64,000 bases of DNA, from contig OZ024740.1 in the NCBI GenBank assembly GCA_964016885.1, forward strand, positions 195,176,001-195,240,000, written 5' to 3'. The notes beneath the pieces are model-generated. The model had not been told where the DNA came from, searched no databases, and saw only the letters and a list, made by a program, of their open reading frames with translations. This DNA is from Eledone cirrhosa. Taxonomy: Eukaryota. This document shows, piece after piece, positions 27,431 through 40,499 of this stretch. Numbering within the stretch: the first letter of the stretch is position 1; each line of letters begins with the position of its first letter. The position numbers and the translations under genes were made by a program.

Positions 27431-28099
27431 TATAAATATATATATATAAATATATATATATAAATATATACACATACATATATATATATGCATACATATA
27501 TATATATATTCGCATACATATATATATATACACATACATCTATATACATATATATACACATACATCTATATACATATATATATATATATACATACATCTA
27601 TATACATATATATACATATATACACATACATATATACACACACATTTGATGAATAATTTAATAATATCAGATACTGGTCTGAATTCCATTCCCCTCCTTT
27701 CCAAGATTGCAGTATTATACAAAATTATGTTTTCTCTGTCTCTTTTTTATATTACTTTGTGCACAAAGTAAGATATCTCTACTTACACCTGTCTAAATTT
27801 CATCAGAGTGTAAGACAGGATATATTAAAAGATTGGCAACTGTTACACGGACTGGAAAATTTATAAAAGTAAATTTGTTCCTACTGGCTGAGATTTTGTG
27901 TTGTGATTTGTTAAATAAAGTTTGTTAGCATTGGTTATGTTGTTGTTGTTATTAGTGGTGGTTGTTGTTTATAAAGACAGTGACTAACTTCTTTCTTCTG
28001 TAAAACTAATTTAACCTTTCCATTACCATATTTCTAATATGTTTACAGACTATAAACAAAACACCTTAGTTGTACCAGTGGTACAATACAGTTATAATA

Positions 28100-29517
28100 T
28101 CATTAATTGGAATCTATCTGATCTTTAAAGAATGGACTCTAAAACTCAAAAACATCTAATAGCCAACAAAATGCATCAGACAAAAGCAGGCGTAGATCGC
28201 TTATATTTGCTAAGAGAAGGAGGAGGGGGACTAATCTAACCGAGACTGTCATACAAAATAACTAGAAGAGTCATACAAACATACCTACAGAACACCAATG
28301 ACTGGACGGTGGTGTTAGTAAGAGAACACAAGAACCAGAAGAAACTCCATTCAGTACTCAAAGAGACAAGAAAATACAGAAAAGAACTAAAATCTGAAGA
28401 TATACACCTAAATAATGAAGCTGACCTAATTCCAACTAAGGCAACAGAAATCCACAGAAGCCAGTCAAAGCTTGAAGGTTTAAAACATTTAGATGGCAAC
28501 AAAAACCTATGCACAGCCAATTCCTACTTCACACTCAAGATGCTGATGTAGATCAAGCCCAAACTCATCAGTTTGGGATTAAAGGCTGCCCAGAATCAGA
28601 GCCTCTTTACTAGGAATTATCAGACAAATATTCTCAGAAATGCAGCAGATCCTAAATGCAGGATATGTGATGTACAGCTTGAAAGAATTGACTCCATAAT
28701 ATCAGGATGTCCCACACTAGAACCAACTGAATATAAGATTAAACATGATAGGGTGGGGCAATATATCCACTGGATAATATGCAAAAAATACAATGGAGAA
28801 CATACAGAAAACTGGTATGGACACAAGCCACAACCATTAACTGAAACTGAAGGAGTAACAATCATTTGGGACTTTACCATTCACACAGATCACACTATTA
28901 ATGCAAACTGTCCTGATATTATTATTAAAGATTTAAAATACAAGACCTGCTTACTTATTGACATCACTGTACCGCCTGAAAGAAATGTATAAACAAAAAA
29001 ATATGAGAAACTTGTTAAATATAAAGATCTAGAAATTAAGATAAACAGAATGTGGCACCTTAAAATACAAACCATTTTAGAAGTGATAAGAGCTCTAGGT
29101 GTCATAAAGAACGGTGTTCAAAAGTTTCTAGAAAACATACCTGGTAAACCTAGCATCTATGAAATATAAAGATAGTTCTAACAAGTACCACCTATGTTCT
29201 TCATAAATTTGTGTCTTTGTAATAATGTCAACACAATCTTTCTGCTTAATTGTTATAGTAAATTACTATTTAATACCATTCAAATATCCTTAATGTAAAA
29301 TTAATTCATATATTTTATCCTCCTTAATACTTCTTTTTATTTCTTCGTATGCCTAGCTTTTAATATTTTTTTATATGACTTGTTTAGTGAATGTGAGGAC
29401 AGAACAAAATAAAAAAAAGAAAGCTATTGAAAACTGTCAAAACCAACGATGCTTGCCCTAAGTATCTGATTGATACTTAATAGTATATAAAGCAAAATCA
29501 AAGGAAAATACAATAAT
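28100..29517 (+). mobile_element. R4/Dong-clade non-LTR retrotransposon 3' fragment (restriction-like endonuclease), decayed
   Basis: RLYL.R..GG motif; CRIC...IISGC zinc knuckle; KHDRVGQYIHW, IIWDFTIHTD..PDIII..LIDITVP, EKLVKYKDL; multiple stops and frameshifts. Confidence 0.85.
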
Positions 29518-29925
29518 TGTTTCTACTTTTGGCACAAGGCCTGCAATTACCCAGTACATTACTGGTACTTTATTTTATCGACGCTGTTAGGATGAAAGGC
29601 AAAGTTAACCTCAACGGGATTTAAACTCAGACTGTAAAGGGACGTAACTATGCTAGAAAGCATGGCAGTTAACCCTCTACCGATACTGCCAATTCACCGA
29701 TAATAATAATTGTTTCTACGTTTGGCACAAGGACAGCAATTATCTCAGTACATTACTGGCACTTTATTTTATCGACCCCGTAAGGATGAAAGGCAAAGGC
29801 CATAACTCTATGCGTCAAAGCATAGCGTCCGACCCTCTACCGATACTGACACAAGGTCAGAAATTTTTGGGGAGACGAGAGTGGATTAAATCGCCCCCAG
29901 TGTATTACTGGTGCTTTATTTAATA
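29514..29925 (-). mobile_element. Tandem SINE S2 copies
   Basis: Two near-complete copies and one partial copy of the S2 sequence. Confidence 0.8.
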
Positions 29926-29969
29926 ACAACAGCATCGGGGAGGAGGAGGAGGAGGAGAAGGAGAAGAAG

Positions 29970-30000
<31 letters not shown>

Positions 30001-30159
30001 TGGTCCAAGAGGATCGATCGGGAAAAATGGCCTACAATTTCAAAACTATCAAAGATATTGACCTAACACGATATTTTTTCATCATATAGGTAGAGGAGCT
30101 AGCATGAATTTTTAACCTGGGAAATTTTTCTGGAATTGGGTGATTTGATATGGAATAAC

Positions 30160-30233
<74 letters not shown>

Positions 30234-30438
30234 TATATATATATATGAGTGTGTGTGTATGTATATATGTATACACATTTCAACAGCATCCAAATAAATA
30301 TTGCCTGTACAGGTAATATCAAAGTGTGTATACATTTTTGCGGGGACACCATGTTTATATATATATATATATTTACATGGACACCTGCTTGTGTGTTGAG
30401 TTATGCAAACATATACTTTAACATAAGTATTTTAAAGA

Positions 30439-30495
<57 letters not shown>

Positions 30496-30533
30496 CATGT
30501 ATAGTATACCAACTCATGTGTTAGTGAATGTGT

Positions 30534-30641
30534 GCATGTGTATTATATACATGTATGTTATGTATGTAGGCATGTGTTTTATATACATGTGTGTTATGTA
30601 TGTAGGCATGTGTATTATATACATGTGTGTTATGTATGTAT
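30534..30641. repeat. 36-bp minisatellite, 3 copies
   Basis: Unit GCATGTGTATTATATACATGTRTGTTATGTATGTAG. Confidence 0.85.
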
Positions 30642-30811
30642 GCTATGTTTGTGCAAGTGTATGTAAGTGTATTGGGATCTATAAGTTAATGTGATCATAT
30701 TATATATACACACACACATATATATACGTACATATATACATATATATATATATACACATATAAATATATACACATATAAATATATACACACATATATATA
30801 CACATATATAT

Positions 30812-30893
<82 letters not shown>

Positions 30894-30981
30894 TGGTGTC
30901 CTTGAAATATCTATAATGAAATAAATATGGTTTTATAAATATAGTTTCCATTTGTTAATATATTGTATATACATATATATA

Positions 30982-31019
<38 letters not shown>

Positions 31020-31099
31020 TATATACACACGTATATATATATATACACATATATATATATACACATATATATATATATACATACATATATAATATATAA

Positions 31100-32317
31100 T
31101 AATAATAATGAAAATATTGTGTACAGTGCTCAGGTGCACTACAACTCATCAAAAATGTATGTATAGTACGTAGAGTAATGTACAAACGTCAGGAAAATGA
31201 ACAGTGCATGAGTCATGATATACACATGTGTGCATGTGTATGGAAGGGGTACATCAGGTGTAGTTTTGACGAATTTCGGGAACCATGAGGGTTTTAAAGG
31301 ATGCAGTGTCTCAGCAGCTAACAACTGACGCAGGCAGTTTGTTCCATGCTTCAGCAACTCTAAGTGTGAAAAAGTGTTTCTGAAAGTCATGGGAGCTGTG
31401 CTGTTTTCTGACTTTGTAGGCATGCCCACGTGTGTTAGACACATGGAGATCAAAAAGCTGCTCAGGGTTTTTGTTGGCGAGATGGTTAATAACTTTGTGG
31501 GTGTTTACCAAGTCCATTGCCAGACGTCGGAGTTTCAATGAATCCATGCCCAGGGAAGCAAGGCGTTCAGAGTATGGTGGTAGGTGTCTGATGGAGGGTA
31601 TGCGCTTGGTTGCACGTCTCTGAGCAGTTTCCAGGAGGTCAATGTTCTGAGCAAGATAGGGGTTCCAGACTGATGATGCGAATTCCAAGTGTGGTCGTAC
31701 CATAGCTGTATACAGTTTTAAATAGATCGCTGGAGAGCAGCTAACAAAGGTCTTGCTGAGTGATGCCAAGACACTCTCGGCCTTCTTGACAATCTTAGAG
31801 ACATGCATTGTCCAACGCAAATCGCTGCTGACAGTAATGCCCTGGTCACGTTCACAAGAGGACTTCTTGATATCAGTGTTGTGGAGGGAGTATGTGGACG
31901 CTGGGTTTTTCCTCCCAAAATGCATGCTGGTACACTTGTCCACAGCCAGCTTCAGTTGCCAGTCTGTGATCCATTGCTGCATTGTGTCGAGGTCTGATTG
32001 TAGGAAAGAGTTGTAGATTTCAAGATCAGACCTTTTGATTTCAAGGTACAGCTTGATGTCATCTGCATATTTCAGTACTGTGGCATTCTTTAAGTTGGCA
32101 TCTATTTCATTAATATATGCCACAAACAAAAGGGAACCAAGAACAGATCCCTGTGGTACACTAGATGACATCTCATATGGTGAAGAATGCTGTCCTAGAA
32201 CCGTGACTACCTCTTTTGGGCTGAGAATGAAGGATTTCAACCAGTTAAAAAGATCATCCCTCACACCCATTGCAGATAGTTTCGCCATAAGTCTTTTGTG
32301 TGGCACAGAATTAAAAG
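31100..32317 (-). mobile_element. CR1-clade LINE 3' fragment (RT and C-terminus)
   Basis: [48 protein letters not shown]; the N-terminal YI repeat of ORF 31311-32528 is microsatellite. Confidence 0.92.
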
Positions 32318-32326
32318 CATATATAC

Positions 32327-32383
<57 letters not shown>

Positions 32384-32392
32384 CATATATAC

Positions 32393-32424
<32 letters not shown>

Positions 32425-32527
32425 GCGTATATATATACATATATATATACATATATACATATATATATATATGCGTATATATATACATATATATATACAT
32501 ATATACATATATACATATATATATACA

Positions 32528-33395
32528 TGAGATGTAGGGTAACAGGATCTCAGGAAGCTGAACGAAGAATGTAGGCCTCACATGTAGCAGATGTGCTTGG
32601 ACAGCAAGCAGCAACCAGCCACAGGAAACAAGCACCACCAAACTGTGAGAGGGTTCTGTAGAAACAGTAGACAGCTTCTGCTACCTAGGTGACCGAATTA
32701 GCAGCGGAGGTGGGTGTTCGGAAAGTACAATAACTAGGGTAAGAACGGGATGGAAGAAGTTCAGGGAGCTACTGCCACTGCTAGCTGGAAAAGGCTTCTC
32801 TCTCAAAATGAAAGGCAGACTGTATGATGCGTGTATACAAACAACAATGTTACATGGTAGTGAGACCTGGGCGCTGAAGGTGGAAGACTTGCGTAGATTA
32901 GAATGAAACAAAGCCTGCATGCTCCGATGGATGTGTAATAGTAATATACGTGAACGGCAAAGCATAAATGAATTGAGAGAGAGACTGAGCATAAGAGGAA
33001 TCAAATGCTGTGTGCAGGAGAGGCGGTTGCGTTGGTATGGACACGTGATGTGTAAGAAGGATGACAGCTGCATAAAAAGGTGCAGAGCACTAGAAGTCGA
33101 TGGAAACTGCGGAGTGGGGAGACCCAAGAAGACCTGGCATGAGGTGATAAAAGCCAACCTTACCCAATTACACCTCTCAAATAACACCTCGTGTAGGCAC
33201 CACGGAAAAAAAGCACTCAGCACTCACTGTAAATGAGGTTGGTGTTAGGAAGGGCATCCAGCTGTAGAAATCCAGCCAGAATCAGTTCCCGTATGAGCTA
33301 GACAAGGTCAGCCGACTGGACATTACCCGCAACAGGACAACCCGTCTAACCCATGCTAGCGTGGAAGAACAGACGTAAAACGATGATGATGATGA
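32528..33395 (+). mobile_element. RTE-C LINE 3' fragment with internal deletion near 33185
   Basis: GWKKFRELLPLL, RRLRWYGHVM, GRPKKTW; 3' UTR matches 47615-47830; (GAT)n tail. Confidence 0.9.
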
Positions 33396-33621
33396 TACAT
33401 ATATATATACATATATATATATATACATACATATATCAGGAAAGAAGAGTGACACGGTTTGCTATACAAAAAGGTTTTTAATCTCCTATAACAATAATTT
33501 GTTATGCTGTCTCCAGTTCCCCAGTGAATTAACAACCCAACAAGGAACTGGGCATATCAGAGTATTGACAATATCATACACCTAAACAACATATGTACTT
33601 GTCTATACCATACTAATTCAA

Positions 33622-33676
33622 ACTGCCTGAAGAGGTCACAGCCAAAGATGGCTGTCACTGAAATATATATAGCAGT
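33622..33676 (+). ncRNA. Minimal type I hammerhead ribozyme (Penelope-type pLTR)
   Basis: ACTGC-CTGAAGA-GGTCACAGCCA aaga TGGCTGTCACT-GAAA-TATATA-T-A-GCAGT, immediately followed by AATAAA. Confidence 0.85.
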
Positions 33677-33822
33677 AATAAACGAAGCTAAATTTTAATT
33701 ATTTGACTTTTATTTAACTTTATTTTACACTACTCCGGAGTAACCAAACCAACCTGCGCACTTCATCGAGTGCTCCAGCCTGCATACTGAGGTGTTGGTA
33801 TACAACCAACATAAACTCAAAA

Positions 33823-33884
<62 letters not shown>

Positions 33885-33943
33885 TATATACATATATAGA
33901 TACAAATATACATATATACACATATATACATATATATACCTAT

Positions 33944-33997
<54 letters not shown>

Positions 33998-34000
33998 GTA

Positions 34001-34305
34001 TCATCATCATCATCATGATCATCATTTTACGTCCGCTTTTCCCTGCTTGAAGGGTAGGACGGAACTGATTCTGGCTGCATGCCTTTCCTAAGACCAACCT
34101 CATTTACAGTGAGTGCTGGGTGCTTTTTTTCCGTGGTGCCTACACGTCCACTTTGCAGTGGAATGATAGGGACCCCAGTCCCTATCATCTCATTTCTACA
34201 GCTGAGTAAACTAAAGCAATGTGAAATAAAGTGTCTTGCTCAAGGAAACAACACATCACACGGTCTGAGAATTGAACTCACAACCTTTTCATTGTAAGGC
34301 CAATG
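34001..34305 (-). mobile_element. SINE S1 (5'-clipped)
   Basis: Matches 39786-40127. Confidence 0.9.
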
Positions 34306-34347
34306 TATATATATATATACATATATACATATATATATATATATATG

Positions 34348-34412
<65 letters not shown>

Positions 34413-34504
34413 TATATAGTAATAATAATAAATTTGAAGACTAAAATCCAAAGAGGGCTCGATAAGGATAATATATATCAAATATATATGAACCGTAGAG
34501 CAAA

Positions 34505-34951
34505 TATTTATTAAAATAACAGATTAAAGTTTAAGCAAAGAATCGCTGCTTTCACCCTTAACAGGATCTTCTGAAACTAACAAAGTCAATCTGAGAACGC
34601 AGACGTGAATATTTCAAAAACCATTGCAACCGGAAGACAGGAAGACAATACTTTGGTTCGTGGAAACGTTCCCTGTACAAATAAGTAATACTTAGCTACC
34701 ACGGCTTGTAAACATAAATTGCATAAAACTTTCCTCTATTACAGCCCCACATGTGGGTAGCTAAGTATTACTTATTCGTATAGAGAACGATTCCAGGACC
34801 CAAAGTATCGTCTTCCTCTCTTCCTCCGGTTGCAACGGTTTTTGAAATATTCACTTCTGCGTTCACAGATTGACTTTGTTAGTTTCAGAAGATCCCGTTA
34901 AGGGTGAAAGCAGCGATTCTTTGCTTAAACTTTAATCTGTTATTTTAATAA

Positions 34952-34954
<3 letters not shown>
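34505..34954. repeat. ~196-bp inverted repeat (34505-34700 / 34756-34954); each arm carries a hammerhead-like motif
   Basis: Direct reverse-complement match, 55-bp spacer; related sequence at 48241-48362. Confidence 0.92.
34881..34931 (+). ncRNA. Variant hammerhead-like motif (CAGAAGA core); inverted copy at 34528-34578
   Basis: AGTTT-CAGAAGA-TCCC gttaa GGGT-GAAA-GCA..TGC-T-T-AAACT; AATAAA ~15 nt downstream. Confidence 0.6.
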
Positions 34955-35974
<1,020 letters not shown>

Positions 35975-37285
35975 CAGAAATTCCAAACATGGAAGCACGG
36001 CCTAGAGTCAAAAGGACTTAAAATTAACCTGGCTAAGACCAAAGTACTAGTTTGTAGGAAAGAAAACAAGGCGGCGGTCCCTTCTGGGAAATGGTCGTGC
36101 TCGGTGTGTAGGAAAGGCGTAGGTAGAAACTCCATTTTATGTCCTAAATGCAAAGTATGGGTGCATAAAAGATGTAGTGGGATCACAGGTAAGCTAACTA
36201 AGAACATAGATTTTGCATGTGGCCGGTGCTCTGGTGCAATAAGTAGCAGCAAGTGCCCACAAACTACTAGCTCTTTCAATTGCGCAGAGGGTTCTATAGA
36301 AATAGTGGACAGCTTCCGTTACCTGGGCGATAAAATCAGCAGTGGGGGAGGGTGCTCTGAAAGTACTGTAGCTAGAGTCAGAACTGGTTGGAAAAAGTTC
36401 AGAGAGCTTATACCACTATTAGCTGCTAAAGGGTTCTCACTAAAAATGAAAGGCAGGTTGTACGATGCCTGCATACGAACAGCAATGCTGCACGGCAGTG
36501 AGACCTGGGCATTGTGTGCAGAGGATATACGCAGACTAGAGAGGAACGAAGCTTGCATGCTCCGCTGGATGTGTAACAGTAATATACGTGAACAGCAAAG
36601 CATAAACGAACTAAGGAAAAAATTAGAGATAAGAGGGATCAGATGTTGTTTACTCGAGAGAAGGCTACGTTGGTATGGACACGTGATGCGCATGAAAGTC
36701 GATAGCTGTATAACAAAGTGCAGGGCAATAAAGATAGACGGTAGTCACGGAATAGGCAGACCTAGGAAAACCTGGGACGAGCTGATAAACTCCGACATCA
36801 CACACTTACACCTCTCCAAGACAATGTCACTGGACCGAGACCTTTGGCGGTACTCAGTAACAGAGAAGACCCGCCTTACCTAAATATATAGTAAAACCTA
36901 CTCCAGCCAGTAGGCATCTCTAACAAAATACACCCCGTCCCACCACCCCCGCCCCCACCCCATCCACACCACCCCGTTCTATGTAAAGTTATGTTGGTGC
37001 CGCGCCATCGAGGCCGAAACAAATGAGATCGTGTAGGTGTCACGACAAAAAAACACACAGTCCACGCTGTAATGTGGCCGTGTAGGCAACACGGTAAAAA
37101 CCTCCCAGACCCACACTGTAAATGTGGTTGGTGTTAGGAAGAGCATCCAACTGTAGAAAACCTGCCAGACAGTCCTATGCGAGCAAGACAATCACTCTTG
37201 CCTCAAGTGGGACTACCCCCGTCCAAACCCATGCAAGCGTGGAACACGGACGTTAAACGTTGATGATGATGATGATGATGATGAT
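35975..37285 (+). mobile_element. RTE-A LINE 3' fragment (1.3 kb)
   Basis: ORF 36104-36883 near-identical to the corresponding part of 23607-24935; full 3' UTR and (GAT)n tail; flanked by TA microsatellite. Confidence 0.96.
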
Positions 37286-37401
37286 ACATATACATACATA
37301 TACATATATATATATATATACATAAATATGTATATATATATGTGTGTGTATATATATATATGTGTATATATATACATATGTGTATATACATATATATATA
37401 C

Positions 37402-37444
<43 letters not shown>

Positions 37445-37447
37445 AAT

Positions 37448-37481
<34 letters not shown>

Positions 37482-37540
37482 GCATATGTAATAATAGAGT
37501 ATATGTTCCTACACACACAAGGCGCTAAGGGACACTTGAT

Positions 37541-37583
<43 letters not shown>

Positions 37584-37588
37584 TATAC

Positions 37589-37619
<31 letters not shown>

Positions 37620-37884
37620 CACACACATATATAGACACACACACAGACACACACACATACATATATATATATTGCGTGTGGTGTGCATTTGTATGTACAT
37701 ATGTATGTGACATGTTGCATGCATACTTGATAGAATTTTTTATTCTATCCTGAAGAGATTGATTCTTCTTAGAGATAACGAGTTTGGAACTACAGTGCCT
37801 AATAATTAATGAGACATATAAACAAGCTCACACACAAACACACACACACACATATGTATATATTGTGTATATGTATATATATGT

Positions 37885-39711
37885 ATCATCATCATCATCA
37901 TCATCATCATTTTACGTCCGCTTTTCCCTGCTTGCAAGGATGGGACGGGTCTTATTCAGCACAGCATCTCTCCACTCGTCACGGTCCCTCGTCATCTCCA
38001 CCGTGAGCTTCAATGATCTGAGGTCTGTTCTCACCACCTCCGCCCATGTTTTTCGTGGCCTACCTCTACCACGTCTTCCTTCAACTGGCATTTCCTGGCA
38101 CTTCTTCACCCATCGGTCATCCTCCATGCGCATCACATGTCCATACCACCTCAGTCTCCTCTCCTGTACACTACATTCTATCCCTCTCAGACACAGTTTC
38201 TCTCTCAACACATTTATGCTGGGTCGTTCACGCACATTTACACTGCACATCCAACGGAGCATGCTTGCCTCATTTCTCTCCAGCCGTCGCATATCCTCTG
38301 CGGTTGCTGCCCATGTCTCACTACCATGCAGCATCGCGCTCCTCACACAGGCATCATACAACCGGCCTTTCGTACGCAGGGAGAAACCCTTCTTCATCAA
38401 CAGAGGAAGCAGCTCCCTAAACTTCTTCCAACCCGTCCTTATTCTAGATACTATGGCCTTGGAACAACCTCCTCCCATGCTAATCTGATCTCCTAGGTAC
38501 CGGAAGCTATCCACCACTTCTATAGCGCCCTCTCGCATTTGAAAAATGTGTCTATCCTTGCGACTTCTACTGTCTAATTTACCTGTACATCTACTGCATA
38601 CATATTTCTCCCTACCTGTTAGTTTGCCTGCTATCCCGCAACATCTCTTGTGTACCCAGGACCTGCATTGTGTGCATTTTATAGAATTTATGCCAGTTCC
38701 TTTTCTGCATATCGAACATGGCCATTTCCCTGACGGAATCAGGGTTTTGTCCTCTTTTCTACTCATCAACACTTTTGTCTTAGCTAGATTGACTCTCAGT
38801 CCTCTTGCTTCCAACTGCTGTTTCCATAGCCGGAATTTATTCTCTAGCTCCTCTACTGATTCTGCTATAAGAGCCAGATCGTCAGCATAGAGAAGTTCCC
38901 ATGGACAGCCAGTCTTAAACTCCTCTGTTATGGCTTGGAGGACTATAATGAACAAGAGCGGGCTGAGGACCGAACCCTGATGTACTCCTACTTGTATCTG
39001 GAATTCCTCACTAAACTCCATTCCTACCCTGACTTTACTGAGAGTACCTCTGTACAAAGTTTGCACTGTCCTCACAAGCCATTCCTCAACACCTAGCTTC
39101 CTTAGGGACCACCAGATGACAGATCGGGGTACCCTATCAAAGGCCTTCTCTAGGTCAACAAAGGCTAAGTATAGTGGCTTATTCTTCTCTAAGAACCTCT
39201 CTTGCATTTGTCTCACCAAGAAGAGGGCATCTGTTGTACTCTTCCCAGGCACAAAACCAAACTGCATCTCATCTAGTTTGACCCTTTCTCTAATTAGTTG
39301 TGCTAAAATCCTTTCTGCCACTTTCATAACCTGATCTATCAGTTTCATACCCCTATAATTGCTCCTCTCCAAAGCATCCCCTTTACCTTTGTAGCAATTT
39401 ATGAGAATACTGCTGCACCAGTCTTTGGGTATGATACCACCATATATAGTCTGATTGATGATGCGTGCAACCAGTTTAGTGCCTACGTCCCCTGATGCCT
39501 TCAGCATCTCAGCAACTATTCCCGATGGTCCGGCCGCCTTACCATTTTTCATTTCCCTAATCGCCTCTTGGACCCTATATTCGTCAATCTCAATAGCTGG
39601 TCCCTCTGTCGGATCTACCAAGGGTAATTTCTCTCTCTCCCATTCGTTCTCCACATTCATCAGTCTCTCATAATGACATTTCCAGGCCTCCTTTTTCTGG
39701 TCATTCGTGAC
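37885..39711 (-). mobile_element. RTE-B LINE, 5'-truncated (1.8 kb), young
   Basis: Single uninterrupted RT ORF that runs into the (GAT)n tail; flanked by TA-rich microsatellite. Confidence 0.97.
37912..39711 (-). CDS. RTE reverse transcriptase (5'-truncated, no stops) with internal PHD-like finger
   Basis: GKAAGPSGI, NYRG, QFGFVPGKST, DLEKAFD, QGSVLSPLLF, YADD, FRYLG, RLRWYGHV, GRPRKTW; frame open from the truncation point. Confidence 0.9.
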   Translation of the reverse strand, partial: VTNDQKKEAWKCHYERLMNVENEWEREKLPLVDPTEGPAIEIDEYRVQEAIREMKNGKAAGPSGIVAEMLKASGDVGTKLVARIINQTIYGGIIPKDWCSSILINCYKGKGDALERSNYRGMKLIDQVMKVAERILAQLIRERVKLDEMQFGFVPGKSTTDALFLVRQMQERFLEKNKPLYLAFVDLEKAFDRVPRSVIWWSLRKLGVEEWLVRTVQTLYRGTLSKVRVGMEFSEEFQIQVGVHQGSVLSPLLFIIVLQAITEEFKTGCPWELLYADDLALIAESVEELENKFRLWKQQLEARGLRVNLAKTKVLMSRKEDKTLIPSGKWPCSICRKGTGINSIKCTQCRSWVHKRCCGIAGKLTGREKYVCSRCTGKLDSRSRKDRHIFQMREGAIEVVDSFRYLGDQISMGGGCSKAIVSRIRTGWKKFRELLPLLMKKGFSLRTKGRLYDACVRSAMLHGSETWAATAEDMRRLERNEASMLRWMCSVNVRERPSINVLREKLCLRGIECSVQERRLRWYGHVMRMEDDRWVKKCQEMPVEGRRGRGRPRKTWAEVVRTDLRSLKLTVEMTRDRDEWRDAVLNKTRPILASREKRT

Positions 39712-39785
39712 ATATATATATATATATATGCGTGTGTGTGTGTATATATATATGCGTGTCTATATATATATATACATGTGTGTGT

Positions 39786-40127
39786 ATCATCATCATCATC
39801 ATCATTTTACGTCCGCTTTTCCCTGCTTGCAAGGGTGGGACGGGAACTGATTCTGGCTTGATTTCTACAGTTGGATGCCCTTCCTAACACCAACCTCATT
39901 TACAGTGAGTGCTGGGTGCTTTTTTGCCGTGGCACCTCCACGACCACTTTGCAGTGTAATGATAGGGACCCCAGTCCATATCATCAAATTTCTACAGCTG
40001 AGTAAACTGGAGCAATGTGAAATAAAGTGTCTTGCTCAAGGAAACAACACATCACCCGGTCTGAGAATTGAACTCACAACCTTTCGATTGCAAAGCCGAT
40101 GCTCTAACCACTAAGCCATGTGCCTCC
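39786..40127 (-). mobile_element. SINE S1
   Basis: Full-length copy with A/B boxes, CORE and RTE tail. Confidence 0.92.
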
Positions 40128-40309
40128 ATATATATATATATATATATATATACGTGTATATATATATTTTTATGTGTGTGTATATATATATATACATATA
40201 TGTGTGTGAATATATATACATATATATGTGTGTGTGTATATATGCATATATGTGTGTGTATATATACATGTGTATATAAATATATATATATATGTTGGTG
40301 TGTGTGTAT

Positions 40310-40349
<40 letters not shown>

Positions 40350-40353
<4 letters not shown>

Positions 40354-40499
40354 TGTTATACTTTGGGAGGGTCATGTTGCCAATAAGAAACACACGCACC
40401 AGTAGCTTTCACTTCAATTTATTATAATAAATTGAAGTGAAAGCAACTGGTGCGTGTGTTTCTTATTGGCAACATGACCCTCCCAAAGTATAACAATAT
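40350..40499. repeat. 150-bp spacerless palindrome (1 mismatch)
   Basis: Centre between 40424 and 40425; 75-bp arms. Confidence 0.95.

Noticed and set aside
30060-30162. Possible DNA-transposon terminus (GGGTTATTCCATATCAAATCACCCA on the minus strand)
   Set aside because: Only one end seen; no partner TIR or TSD in the window
37749-37800. CTGAAGA...GGAA hammerhead-like remnant (similar hints at ~9220, ~14650, ~21170)
   Set aside because: Core or stems too degenerate to call
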